DNA from: an uncultured Leptospirales bacterium
GTDB lineage: Bacteria > Spirochaetota > UBA4802 > JAFGDQ01
Length of the DNA: 64,000 bases
Assembly (NCBI GenBank): GCA_964626055.1
Contig: CAZVDF010000005.1
Coordinates: 6,057 to 70,056, forward strand
Reading direction: 5' to 3'
Position numbers and translations under genes: made by a program. Positions 49,325-59,319 of the stretch are shown piece by piece. Positions within the stretch are counted from its first letter, which is position 1; the number at the start of each line of letters is the position of its first letter. A model generated the notes under the pieces. That model was not told the origin of the DNA. It made no database searches and saw nothing but the letters and a program-made list of their open reading frames with translations.

Positions 49325-50188
49325 TTGAAATTTGTAAAGTCGATATACTATTATACAGAGATTTGTGAGGTTTGTATGCATATGCTTTATAAATTTTTAG
49401 CTTTTTTATGTATTTCTGGATTTATTCTATCATGTACCAGCGTAGAATACATAAAAACAGGCAGCGAATTCCCCTCTCTCACAGAAAATGAGGAAATTAA
49501 AGTATTTACATCATCCCTGCCTGATCAAAAATACGAAAAAATAGGTTTAATACGCATAAGAGGCGGTAAAACTGAAAAGAGAATAGAAGAAGCAAAGGAA
49601 TATGCAAGGGAAAAAGGCGGTAATGCCGTAATTGCGAGAGAAATCGGAATTTTAACAGACCCTAAATCGGATGATATTGTTGAGAAGGTCGGGGCTTCGA
49701 CATATGAAACCCAGGAATTCGTAATAATTAAGCTGGAAGGGGGCAGGGCGATAGCTAAAGGAGAAAAGCCCGAAGGAAAAGAGGACAGTGAAAGGATATC
49801 CGGGGAGAAAGCTCCTGATGAAAACCTACTTTCGCTTCTGGATCTAAATTCAATACCGAGGGCATCCTATAGCCAATTAGTCAATAATTATAAATCATTA
49901 CAGGGCAAGATGTTCCGCGGTACTCTGTACCCGAAAAAAATTTATAAAATACCGGCTTCACTCAAGGAGGGAACGGAAATCGGGGACAGGCTTGTGCTGC
50001 TGACAACAAGAAGCGGGAAAAACAATATATATTTGATTGTCGGCAGAGAAAAGGTCACGGCTTTTCAGAACAAGATTAAATCGGGTGATATTCTTGATTT
50101 TGTGTATTCGCCTTTCAACGTGTATAAAAGTAAATCAGGCAGACATCCTGTAATTAAGTTTGTTGAAGAAGTAGTTGAAGCCAAATAA
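49325..50188 (+). CDS. Hypothetical lipoprotein
   Basis: Signal peptide with a lipobox-like LSC. No recognised domain. Confidence 0.4.
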   Translation: MKFVKSIYYYTEICEVCMHMLYKFLAFLCISGFILSCTSVEYIKTGSEFPSLTENEEIKVFTSSLPDQKYEKIGLIRIRGGKTEKRIEEAKEYAREKGGNAVIAREIGILTDPKSDDIVEKVGASTYETQEFVIIKLEGGRAIAKGEKPEGKEDSERISGEKAPDENLLSLLDLNSIPRASYSQLVNNYKSLQGKMFRGTLYPKKIYKIPASLKEGTEIGDRLVLLTTRSGKNNIYLIVGREKVTAFQNKIKSGDILDFVYSPFNVYKSKSGRHPVIKFVEEVVEAK

Positions 50189-50216
50189 TATTTCCAAAAT
50201 GACTTTTTATTTTTTT

Positions 50217-50250
50217 AAAAGGCGGGCAAAATCCCGCCTTTTTTTTGGAT
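50217..50250. terminator. Bidirectional Rho-independent terminator
   Basis: aaaaggcgggc-aaaat-cccgcctttttttt sits between convergent genes. Confidence 0.6.
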
Positions 50251-50258
50251 TAAAACAA

Positions 50259-50696
50259 TCAGCAGTCGCCTTTTCGCTGGCCTTTTATTTTGTAATTTAT
50301 GGAAGACTTATTGCCTTTTTTATCGATCGTTTCCATTTTCATTGTTCCCGTGTACGAGTCGCCTTTATAGGTTATTTTACCGCTGCTTTTAGTGCCATCC
50401 TTACAAACTGTTTCCCATGTAACTGTGTTGCCGCTTACTTTATAATTTGTTACTTTGCAGTCTTCGTTTTTACCGGCCGAAGGGAGAGTTTTTTTATTAT
50501 CTTCAAGGTCTTTTTTTGTAATGCACTGAGTATGGATAACTGCCGGCATTTTGAACGGCATTCCCTTCATTTCCATATCCATAGCGATTTCCCATTTACC
50601 TTCTCTCATTTTATTTGATGCAGCAAATATTGCGGCAATAAATAAGAAGAGCGCGGCAAAAGTAATGATGATTCTCTTCATAAATATTAACTCCAT
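50259..50696 (-). CDS. Hypothetical small lipoprotein (DUF3617-like pattern)
   Basis: Signal peptide, then a Lys/Thr-rich beta-rich body with conserved Cys pairs. Confidence 0.4.
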   Translation of the reverse strand: MELIFMKRIIITFAALFLFIAAIFAASNKMREGKWEIAMDMEMKGMPFKMPAVIHTQCITKKDLEDNKKTLPSAGKNEDCKVTNYKVSGNTVTWETVCKDGTKSSGKITYKGDSYTGTMKMETIDKKGNKSSINYKIKGQRKGDC

Positions 50697-50945
50697 ATAA
50701 ATTAATTAATTTTTATTTTAACAAGTTGAATAATGAGCTTTAAAAAGTCAATTAAAAGCTATTAATATTGAAGTAATTTCTTTTCATGACATTTTTCATG
50801 AAAATTATGACATTTCCTTAAGGAAATATTCTTACGTATCTGATAGAAAGTCGCACATAACGATAATTATTAACATTTCTGATTGACAATTTATTACTGA
50901 GTTGAATCAACTTAAAGCAATAATTTTAAATTATAGCAAAATTAT

Positions 50946-52388
50946 ATGTTTAAAAACCTGAAAAAATTTATCACAGAACTCGAGTTACAGGGTGAGCTTC
51001 GAAGGATTAAAACGGAAACCGATCCGTACCTTGAAATTACGGAAATTACCGACCGCGTGAGTAAAGCGAACGGGCCCGCGCTTTTATTCGAGAAAGTAAA
51101 AGGGGCCGCCTTCCCGCTCCTTATAAACGCTTTCGGAAGTTATAAACGAATGCAGATCGCGTTGAATTGCGGTTCATTTGATGAAATCGCTAAAAAAATA
51201 GAGTCTTACATGAAAATAGAGCCGCCTTCAGGACTCGGCAATAAAATTAAAATGCTTTTCACTTTAAAGGAAGTGGCGGATTATATCCCGAAGACTGTTA
51301 GGCATGCTCCGTGCCAGGAAAACACATTGAACGCGGAGACATCCCTGCTTGATTTGCTTCCCATTATTACCTGCTGGCCGGGAGACGGAGGCCCTTTCAT
51401 TACGTTACCTGTAGTGATCACGAAAGATCCCGATAACGGGATACAGAATGCCGGTATGTACCGGATGCATAAATACGATCGGGCAACGACCGGAATGCAC
51501 TGGCAGTACAACAAGGACGGAGCAAATCATTTTTCCAAATATAAAAACGCGGGTAAGCGCATGGAAGTCGCTGTTGCCCTCGGCGGACCGCCTGCAGTAA
51601 CGTATTCCGCGACCGCGCCTCTTCCGCCGAATATAGACGAGTTTATGTTCGCGGGTTTTATTAATGGCAGGGCAGTGGAGCTTGTCAAGGCAAGGACAGT
51701 CGATCTTCTTGTGCCTGCAGAATCGGATTTTATTATCGAAGGTTATGTCGATACTGAAGAATCGCGCATTGAAGGCCCGTTCGGCGACCATACCGGTTTT
51801 TATTCGGCGAGCGATACATATCCTGTATTTCATGTTAACTGTATTACCTATAGAAACGATGCAATATATCCTGCCACTATCGTGGGCAAGCCCCCGATGG
51901 AGGATTGCTACATGGCAAAGGCGACTGAGCGTATATTTCTTCCAATGATTAAAATGATCGTTCCCGAACTTGTCGATATGGAGCTTCCGATCGAGGGAGT
52001 GTTCCATAACTGCGCGCTTATTTCGATCGATAAAAAATTTCCGGGACAGGCCAAGAAAGTGATAAATGCATTATGGGGGCTTGGACAGATGTCTTCGACC
52101 AAATTCATAGCCGTGTTTGATAAAGACATCGATCTTCGCGATCCGTCTGCTGTCGTGTGGAAACTTTTGAACAATGTTGATCCGAAGAGGGACCTGATAT
52201 TTTCGGAAGGGCCGCTTGACGCTCTGGATCATTCCGCGCCTTACCCGAATTTCGGCGGCAAAATGGGAATAGACGCAACCCGCAAGACGAGAGAAGAGGG
52301 AATGGGCAGGGAATGGCCGGATGAAATTAAAATGTCAGATGATATAATTCAAAAAGTCAGCAAAAGATGGAAGGATTATGGATTTTAA
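50946..52388 (+). CDS. UbiD-family decarboxylase (menaquinone/futalosine-pathway decarboxylase-like)
   Basis: 480 aa with the UbiD fold pattern (GGPFITLPVVITKDPDNGIQNAGMYRM) and C-terminal prFMN-binding region. It lies next to a UbiA homolog and mqn genes. Confidence 0.8.
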   Translation: MFKNLKKFITELELQGELRRIKTETDPYLEITEITDRVSKANGPALLFEKVKGAAFPLLINAFGSYKRMQIALNCGSFDEIAKKIESYMKIEPPSGLGNKIKMLFTLKEVADYIPKTVRHAPCQENTLNAETSLLDLLPIITCWPGDGGPFITLPVVITKDPDNGIQNAGMYRMHKYDRATTGMHWQYNKDGANHFSKYKNAGKRMEVAVALGGPPAVTYSATAPLPPNIDEFMFAGFINGRAVELVKARTVDLLVPAESDFIIEGYVDTEESRIEGPFGDHTGFYSASDTYPVFHVNCITYRNDAIYPATIVGKPPMEDCYMAKATERIFLPMIKMIVPELVDMELPIEGVFHNCALISIDKKFPGQAKKVINALWGLGQMSSTKFIAVFDKDIDLRDPSAVVWKLLNNVDPKRDLIFSEGPLDALDHSAPYPNFGGKMGIDATRKTREEGMGREWPDEIKMSDDIIQKVSKRWKDYGF

Positions 52389-53220
52389 AACATTCGGCAG
52401 GCTGATCCTGATTGAGCAGACCCTTTTTGCTTTGCCTTTTGCTTATCTTGGAATACTATTTGCCGGAAAGGCTTCAATCGGGATATGGGTATGGGTGACT
52501 CTGGCTTTGGCCGCAGCCAGAACCGCCGGCATGTCTTTTAACCGTGTTATTGATGTCGATTTTGACTCAAAAAATCCAAGAACAAAAGACAGGCTGCTGC
52601 CTCAGGGAAAAGTATCGAAAAAATCAGTATGGCTCATAGCAGCTTTTTCCTGTCTGGTTTTGATAGGCTCTTCATTCATGCTGAATATGCTGTGCTTTTA
52701 TCTTTCTTTTATCGCTGTAATCCTGTTGTTTACATATTCCTATTTCAAACGGTTTTCATCGTCTTCGCATTTTTATCTTGGATTTGTGGAGGCAGCCGCG
52801 CCTGTCGGAGGTTATCTCGCAGTAACCGGCGCGTTCGATGTGTTGCCTTTTGTACTCGGTATAGTTATCATGACCTGGATAGCGGGGCTTGATATTGTTT
52901 ATGCCATTCAGGATGTCGACTTCGACAGAGTTGAAAAGCTCCATTCTTTGCCCCTGGCTATCGGCAGGAACAGGGCGCTTTTTATTTCAGCATGCTGTTA
53001 TATTGTTGCCGTTATCGGGCTTGTATATGCCGGTATATCGGCCGGAAGAAATATTCCATACTGGATCGCGGTAATTTGCACGACTTTAATATTTATTTAT
53101 CAGCAGAAGCTCGCTCGTAGCAGCGATATAGCAAATGCGGTAAGGAAGTTTTTTAAAGTAAATACATTTATTTCTCCTGTTCTGTTAATAGGTACTTTTA
53201 TAGATGTGTATTTTATGTGA
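52378..53220 (+). CDS. UbiA-family prenyltransferase (menaquinone-specific, futalosine-pathway type)
   Basis: Eight to nine TM helices. Asp-rich motifs NRVIDVDFD and DIVYAIQDVDFD. It overlaps the UbiD-like gene by 11 nt. Confidence 0.8.
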   Translation: MDFKTFGRLILIEQTLFALPFAYLGILFAGKASIGIWVWVTLALAAARTAGMSFNRVIDVDFDSKNPRTKDRLLPQGKVSKKSVWLIAAFSCLVLIGSSFMLNMLCFYLSFIAVILLFTYSYFKRFSSSSHFYLGFVEAAAPVGGYLAVTGAFDVLPFVLGIVIMTWIAGLDIVYAIQDVDFDRVEKLHSLPLAIGRNRALFISACCYIVAVIGLVYAGISAGRNIPYWIAVICTTLIFIYQQKLARSSDIANAVRKFFKVNTFISPVLLIGTFIDVYFM

Positions 53221-53285
53221 AAGTTATAAAATTATATTTTGGACTACAAATTGTTATAAGAGAGAAAAGTCATTGCTTCTGCGGA

Positions 53286-53426
53286 CCCCCTAACCCCCAG
53301 AGGGGGCACCGGCTTGGAAGGATTTAGCCAACGTGTCTTTATATTGTATACGGTTAATAAACAAAGCGGGAATTAAATTTAATTATTTTTTTGATAGTTA
53401 TTGTGCCCCCTCCGGGGGTTAGGGGG
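53286..53426. repeat. GC-rich inverted-repeat element 1 (24-bp IR arms, ~93-bp AT-rich interior)
   Basis: ccccctaacccccagagggggcac (53286-53309) versus gtgccccctccgggggttaggggg (53403-53426) has one mismatch as a reverse complement. Confidence 0.5.
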
Positions 53427-53564
53427 AACATGGAAGGCATATTTTAATAATCAACATTGCTTACTTAATGTTTAAATAAATGTGGGTAGATGTCAGTTTA
53501 AAGGGGAAAGTGGTGAGGGCATTTGTCTCCAAAATTTTTTAAAAGATGGAAAAGTTAAAAAATC

Positions 53565-54653
53565 ATGAATCTTCCAGATAAAATAAAAGATACAAAGCTT
53601 CGCGCTATCGCTGAAAAGGTGCAAGCAAAAATTCCGGTCGATGAAGCCGACACCCGTTTTATGCTTACAACAAACGATATTCTGGATCTGGGCGCAATTG
53701 CTAACTTTGTCAGGATGGAGCGCTACGGTAAAAGTACGTATTACAGCGTTAACATGAATCTCAATTATAGCAATATCTGCGAGCTGAGATGTCCGCTATG
53801 CGCTTATTCATGCGATAAAGGCGATAAGAATGCATTTCTTCTGTCTCTCGATGATATAGGGCAGCGTGTACAAAAGGCTGTTAATGCCGGAATTGACGAA
53901 GTTCATATAGTCGGAGGACTTAATCCGGAACTTAAACTCGATTATTTTGAGTCAATGCTCAGAAGGATAAAAAAGGTAAAGAAGGATATTGTTATTGTAG
54001 CTTTCACAGCAGTTGAATACGACTACTTTGCAAAACTTAACAATCTTTCACTTGAGGATGTTTTTAAAAGACTGATAGATGCAGGCCTTGATGCTATACC
54101 CGGAGGTGGAGCTGAAATATTCTCTTCAAATGTGAGGAACATCATTTCTCCTAAAAAGATTTCCGGCGACAGATGGCTTGAAGTAATGAGGACGGCTCAT
54201 GATTTCGGATTAAAGACCAATGCGACAATGCTGTATAACCAGCTTGAAGAAACTGACGATATTATAGATCATCTGTTCAGGATACGCGCGCTTCAGGAGG
54301 AGACAAGCGGATTTAAAACATTTGTGCCCCTCCTTTTCCACGGCGAAAATACGCAGATAAGATCAAAGCGCTCAACTTCAACGGGATACGACGACATCAG
54401 AATTTATGCGACAGCAAGAATTGTGCTACATAATGTTCCGCATATCAAGGCTTTGTGGATGTATCTCGGCGAGAAAATGGCGCAGCTATTGCTTAACTTC
54501 GGAGTTGACGAGCTCGGCGGGACATACGAAAACGAGAAGGTCGTTCATGCTGCCGGAGCAGGGACTCCGGATTATGGTACGGAGAGTTTTCTTGTACGCT
54601 TGATTAAAGAAGCGGGACTTAAGCCTGTCAGGTCGACGGCGCTGTATAGATAG
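53565..54653 (+). CDS. Radical SAM menaquinone biosynthesis enzyme, MqnC/MqnE family
   Basis: CELRCPLCAY (CxxxCxxC), the TIM-barrel radical SAM pattern, and a C-terminal region typical of futalosine-pathway MqnC/MqnE. The paralog cannot be resolved by eye. Confidence 0.75.
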   Translation: MNLPDKIKDTKLRAIAEKVQAKIPVDEADTRFMLTTNDILDLGAIANFVRMERYGKSTYYSVNMNLNYSNICELRCPLCAYSCDKGDKNAFLLSLDDIGQRVQKAVNAGIDEVHIVGGLNPELKLDYFESMLRRIKKVKKDIVIVAFTAVEYDYFAKLNNLSLEDVFKRLIDAGLDAIPGGGAEIFSSNVRNIISPKKISGDRWLEVMRTAHDFGLKTNATMLYNQLEETDDIIDHLFRIRALQEETSGFKTFVPLLFHGENTQIRSKRSTSTGYDDIRIYATARIVLHNVPHIKALWMYLGEKMAQLLLNFGVDELGGTYENEKVVHAAGAGTPDYGTESFLVRLIKEAGLKPVRSTALYR

Positions 54654-54731
54654 TCTCTGTTTGGTAGCTTTCCTTTCTAAGGGGCTGAGCCGTAACTTAC
54701 TAAAAGAATATATTACTGGTTTTCTGCTTTC

Positions 54732-54915
54732 GGCCCCCTAAATCCCCTTAAAGGGGGACTTAAAAGATTAGTTTTGGTATATAATGGAAAATTGTTTTAG
54801 TATATCAGATTGGATTTATTTTAGTCACTTATCTCGAAATGTGAATGGTATTATCGACTCAAATTTGAGGTCAGGTTGCAAATAAAAGTCCCCCTTTAGG
54901 GGGATTTAGGGGGCC
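54732..54915. repeat. GC-rich inverted-repeat element 2 (30-bp IR arms, ~125-bp AT-rich interior)
   Basis: ggccccctaaatccccttaaagggggactt (54732-54761) versus aagtccccctttagggggatttagggggcc (54886-54915) has one mismatch as a reverse complement. It shares the ccccctaa / ttaggggg motif with element 1. Confidence 0.5.
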
Positions 54916-54952
54916 TTTAATACTGAATTAACAGTTTTCTCGGGTAAAATTT

Positions 54953-55756
54953 ATGAAACTCGGTTATATTGATTATCTAAACTGCTATCCGTTTTATTAT
55001 CATATGTTCGAGAAGAAATCCGTCCCGGATATAAAAGTATTCCCGGATTATCCGAGCAGTCTGAACAGGATGATGCAAAACGGCGACCTCGACATGAGCC
55101 CCATATCCGCAGGCGCATACCCGGATATCGCCGACCGCGCGGTGCTTCTCCCTGATTTCTGCTTAAGCTCCGTAGGCTACGTCGGTTCCGTTAATCTTGT
55201 AAGCAAGGTGCCCATAGAAGAGCTTAGCGGCAAAGCTATTGGTGTTACGAACGCGTCCGCGACTTCCGTTGCGTTAATGAAAGTTCTGCTTGAAAAGTTC
55301 TACGGTCTTATACCTGAGTATATTCCTTCGCCGCCGCTGCCCGACATGAATAAATTCGACGCTGCCCTTTTGATCGGCAACGAGGCAATGATGACGCTTC
55401 CTCTGCCCGTATCTTTCAAATACGACCTTGGTGAGCTATGGTACAGGAAAACGGGCTATCCTGTTGTGTTCGCTGTTTTCGCAGTTCAAAAATCGGCAAT
55501 AGAGAAATATAAATTACAAATTGGCAATGTCGTAGATTCGTATAAAAGATCCCTCGAATGCATGAAAACCGAAAAGGATAAAGTCGTCCGCAAAGCAATG
55601 AAGCGTTATCCGGACATTGTTTATAACGTCGATTTTTACTATAGCTTATTTAAGTTTGAGTTCACAAAGGAACTTAAAGAAGCGCTGCTTTATTACTTTA
55701 AGCTTGCGGGCGAGATGGGGCTTTTAAAGAAAATAGATAGAATTGAGACTCTGTAA
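54953..55756 (+). CDS. Menaquinone biosynthesis protein, MqnA/MqnD family (periplasmic-binding-protein-like fold)
   Basis: N-terminal MKLGYIDYLNCYPFYY and an overall ~270-aa pattern typical of chorismate dehydratase MqnA / MqnD. Confidence 0.7.
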   Translation: MKLGYIDYLNCYPFYYHMFEKKSVPDIKVFPDYPSSLNRMMQNGDLDMSPISAGAYPDIADRAVLLPDFCLSSVGYVGSVNLVSKVPIEELSGKAIGVTNASATSVALMKVLLEKFYGLIPEYIPSPPLPDMNKFDAALLIGNEAMMTLPLPVSFKYDLGELWYRKTGYPVVFAVFAVQKSAIEKYKLQIGNVVDSYKRSLECMKTEKDKVVRKAMKRYPDIVYNVDFYYSLFKFEFTKELKEALLYYFKLAGEMGLLKKIDRIETL

Positions 55757-56143
55757 AAATATTTTTAAATTATATATCTATTTGTAAGCATATTTAATAA
55801 ACAATAGCCGCCGTAAAACCGGCCGTTCCTAGTTCCGAAAAATTATTTTCATCAACTATAAATTCGTTAAAGAGTAATATTGAATTTTGTCTTTCATCCT
55901 TTTCGTTTCCTCAAGATGAGTGGATCAGTTTAAGAACAACAAACGTTATTGAAAGAGTAAATAATGAATTTAAACGTTGTATAAGGTCAATGGAAATATT
56001 GGCGGATTCAGAATCGACATACAGATTATTATATTTTGTAGCTCTGAAAATGGAATTAACTTGGTGATCAGCACCATTGAGAAGGAATAATCTTCTAGCT
56101 AATGAAAAATTTACACAAAAAATTTGATTCTACTCAGAAAGTC

Positions 56144-56290
56144 TGTGCATAAAGACTGACAAATCATATAAAGATTTAAATGCAGATTATTACGAAATTA
56201 TGTATTATAAACGTGTCTTGAAAAATTTTAAGTATTAGGCACCCCAATTGGAATTCTCTTTATTGCCTTTACAGGCTAAGTATCCCAGAA
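56144..56290. repeat. Direct repeat DR1 (~147 bp), upstream copy
   Basis: tgtgcataaagactgacaaatcatataaagatttaaatgcagattattacgaaattatgtatt ... tatcccagaa is about 90% identical to 57465-57610. Confidence 0.65.
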
Positions 56291-56360
56291 GAAGAAAATA
56301 GCATTTACATAAAAAATTTTATTCTGAAAATTTCATAAAAATAATAGGAGGTAATGTATA

Positions 56361-57437
56361 TTGACAAATGATATTTATGAAAGGTTAGCTAATTATTTGG
56401 ATAAACTCCCGGGAGGATTTCCACACACCGAAAGCCAAGTGGAAATACGAATTTTACATCAACTTTTTACACCTCATGAAGCTGAACTTGCAATCCATTT
56501 AAAACTTTTTCCTGAAAAGCCTCAGGTAATTGCTCAACGTGCCGGGATTCCAGTCGACGAAGCTTTACGGCGATTGAAAGAAATGGAAGCCAAAGGACTT
56601 ATCATGAGTTTTAGCCCTGATAATAAAGTATTCTTATATATGGCATTACAGTACATCGTAGGCATTTGGGAAGCACAGCTTAATAAGTTGAACGCTAAGC
56701 TAATCCAAGATCATGAGGAATATTTAGAAACCGTAATGAAACAGTCGTTTTGGCATGGAACTCCTCAAATGAGGACAATTCCGATAAATAGAAGTATCAA
56801 TATCCAAAATGCCGTGATGACTTATGAAAATGCAGAAGACTTGGTAAACAGTCAAAAATCCTTTGCTGTATCTCATTGTATTTGCAGGAAAAGCATGCGT
56901 ATAATTGGTAAAGGCTGTAATAAACCTGAAGAGAGCTGTTTGACTTTTGGACATGTTGCTGATTCTTCTGTAAATGATGGTCGGGCTCGTGCTATAAATA
57001 AGGAAGAAGCCCTATCAATACTTCAGATAGCTGATGAAGCCGGGTTTGTACTCCAACCTAATAATGCTAAAGATCCTCTGTTCATTTGTACATGTTGCGG
57101 TTGCTGCTGTGGAGTGCTAAAAACTCTTAAGCACTATCCTGAACCAGCTAGTATGGTCGTCAGTGCTTTTGCAGCTACTATGAGAAGCGATACTTGCAAA
57201 GGATGTGGCCTTTGCGTTAAACGATGTCAGATGGAAGCAATTCGCATAAATAACAAGAAGGCAGTACTAGATGTGAAACGTTGTATTGGATGTGGGCTAT
57301 GTGTCAGTACATGCCCAACCAATTCTGTTTCTCTTGTACGTAAACCTGACACGGAGCAACCTTATGTACCGAAAGACTTCATTGAAACTAATATGATATT
57401 GGCAAAGAATCGTGGAAAACATAACCTAAACAGATAG
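56361..57437 (+). CDS. 4Fe-4S dicluster domain protein of unknown function (probably horizontally acquired)
   Basis: TTG start 9 nt after aggagg. Two C-terminal ferredoxin motifs (CKGCGLCVKRCQ, CIGCGLCVSTCP) plus extra Cys clusters (HCICRKS, CTCCGCCCG). Codon usage is NCG-poor (cct/gct/gga/aca), unlike the NCG-rich neighbouring genes. Confidence 0.6.
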   Translation: MTNDIYERLANYLDKLPGGFPHTESQVEIRILHQLFTPHEAELAIHLKLFPEKPQVIAQRAGIPVDEALRRLKEMEAKGLIMSFSPDNKVFLYMALQYIVGIWEAQLNKLNAKLIQDHEEYLETVMKQSFWHGTPQMRTIPINRSINIQNAVMTYENAEDLVNSQKSFAVSHCICRKSMRIIGKGCNKPEESCLTFGHVADSSVNDGRARAINKEEALSILQIADEAGFVLQPNNAKDPLFICTCCGCCCGVLKTLKHYPEPASMVVSAFAATMRSDTCKGCGLCVKRCQMEAIRINNKKAVLDVKRCIGCGLCVSTCPTNSVSLVRKPDTEQPYVPKDFIETNMILAKNRGKHNLNR

Positions 57438-57464
57438 ATCGCAAATTAATGTAAGGTAGGTATA

Positions 57465-57610
57465 TGTGCATAAAGACTGACAAATTATATAAAGATTTAA
57501 ATGCAGATTATCACGAAATTATGTATTGAAAACGTGTCTTGAGAAATTTTAAGTATAAGGCACCCAATTGGAATTTTCGTTATTGCCTTTACAGACTTAG
57601 TATCCCAGAA
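57465..57610. repeat. Direct repeat DR2 (~146 bp), downstream copy
   Basis: See DR1. Together the two copies bracket only the 4Fe-4S gene. Confidence 0.65.
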
Positions 57611-57683
57611 TCTTTTCATATTTTCGAGAGTTATCGAATCAGTTCCGGAAGTCGTTCTTAAAAATTTTATAATGTATTTTAAT

Positions 57684-59093
57684 CTATAAATTATATTTTC
57701 TTCTTATATATCTTCCATAGTTTTTCGCATCTCTCCATTGCGGGCGCGTGCCCATGCGATTGACCAATGCCTGTATGATTCTCATGGACATCCGTCTCCA
57801 GTCTGCAGGAGTTGACCATTCCGGACGTCGGCGGGCTACGGAATCCAGCACAGCAAGAGGATTTTTTCCGAGAGCCGGGGAAACATAATAGCGCGGCAGA
57901 AAAAGGTCTGCGTTGCCGGGTATCATTTTTTCTCTGATAGCGATTTTTTCGATCTCAGTATCCGGGTAGATGCGAAGTCCGAGCGATGCGAATACTGCAT
58001 TAGGTGTCTTACATGAGTCCAGAAATCGCTGTACTTCATCTATGTCGCCGGCATTCTCTTCGGGCCCTCCGAAAAGCATTTGTACGACAGCCGGCAGCTT
58101 CGCATTATGTACTGCATTTAAAGATTTGCGGATGTCAGCCTGATCGAATGGTTTTTTCATTACATTAAGCATTTTATCCGTGGCAGCGTCGACGCTCATC
58201 TCTATTCCTATACATCCGGATGCTTTCATAGCTTTCGCCAGCTCATCATCAAATCCTGCCGGATTGCAGTAAGCCATCCATGACACGGAAGAGCCCCGGC
58301 GGATCAGCTCACGGCAGATTTCAAGAGCGTGCTCGGGCGAACTGTTGAAGACATTATCTGTTATGAAAACATAACAGCCTTTGTTATTACTTGAAACATA
58401 TTCGAACTCATCTGCGATAAGGCCGGGATCGCGCAGACGCAGCCTGTGTCCTTCGAGATTCGGATAATTGCAGTAAATGCACTTGAACGGGCATCCGCGC
58501 TTGGTTTGAATGCCTATAAATCCTCCATGTGAAAGATATTTCGTGTATCTGCATAAATGGTGAGCGGGCCGGTGAAGATCATTGACTTCCGGTCGGTCGG
58601 CGGGCGATCCGTAATTACTACGGTAATTAGCCGGTGTTATGATCCCGGCTATGCCGTTCGCCCGTCTGTTTTCTGATATACATTTGAGCAATGAAACAAA
58701 GGCTTTTTCGCCTTCTCCGATCACGCCATAGTCAGGCTTCAAGCGCTCCATCCATCCGGCCGGGGAAATGGAAAAACCGCTTCCGCCGAGTATAAGAGGC
58801 GCATTGGTTAAACGTCGTATATCATCAAAGATTTCTTTTACTCCGTCTAAATATAATTCCTGGAACGCCCATGAACAGCTGTCGAGATTCCGGATTCCTA
58901 TGCCGATTGCAATATAATCACAGGATTTCAGAGCTTTTTTCAGTGCTCTTGCCGGAGACCGGACAAAGGACATATCGATAATATCCGCTTCGTAGCCTGC
59001 CTTTTCAGCAGCCGCAGCCACATATAGCACTCCGAGAGGAGCAACCGGGAAAGGCGACCTGTTCCTGTTCGATGCAACAAGCAGAATCCTCAC
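57684..59093 (-). CDS. B12-binding-domain radical SAM protein
   Basis: N-terminal cobalamin-binding Rossmann region (MRILLVASNRNRSPFPVAPLGVLYVAAAAEKAGYEADIID) and radical SAM CPFKCIYCNYP. Confidence 0.8.
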   Translation of the reverse strand: MRILLVASNRNRSPFPVAPLGVLYVAAAAEKAGYEADIIDMSFVRSPARALKKALKSCDYIAIGIGIRNLDSCSWAFQELYLDGVKEIFDDIRRLTNAPLILGGSGFSISPAGWMERLKPDYGVIGEGEKAFVSLLKCISENRRANGIAGIITPANYRSNYGSPADRPEVNDLHRPAHHLCRYTKYLSHGGFIGIQTKRGCPFKCIYCNYPNLEGHRLRLRDPGLIADEFEYVSSNNKGCYVFITDNVFNSSPEHALEICRELIRRGSSVSWMAYCNPAGFDDELAKAMKASGCIGIEMSVDAATDKMLNVMKKPFDQADIRKSLNAVHNAKLPAVVQMLFGGPEENAGDIDEVQRFLDSCKTPNAVFASLGLRIYPDTEIEKIAIREKMIPGNADLFLPRYYVSPALGKNPLAVLDSVARRRPEWSTPADWRRMSMRIIQALVNRMGTRPQWRDAKNYGRYIRRKYNL

Positions 59094-59319
59094 GCTTTAT
59101 TCTCCTTAAAATGTAAATTATGACAATATTGATTTATTTAAAAAATTATTTACAAGGAATTAATCAATTTGATTTGTTTCACCATAAAATTTGTTGCAAT
59201 TTGAATTGAAATACTACAACCCGTCCTTAAAATAATAATTTACATAAGTAACTGAAAATCATCTCGAAATTATTGATTCAATAAATGATTAACGATAAAT
59301 CGGAATATATAATAAATTT

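Noticed and set aside
55884-56060. Stop-free 57-codon reverse-strand frame in the AT-rich spacer, as a transposase remnant
   Set aside because: It has no start codon and no recognisable transposase motif. I keep it only as a note within the insertion-hotspot finding.
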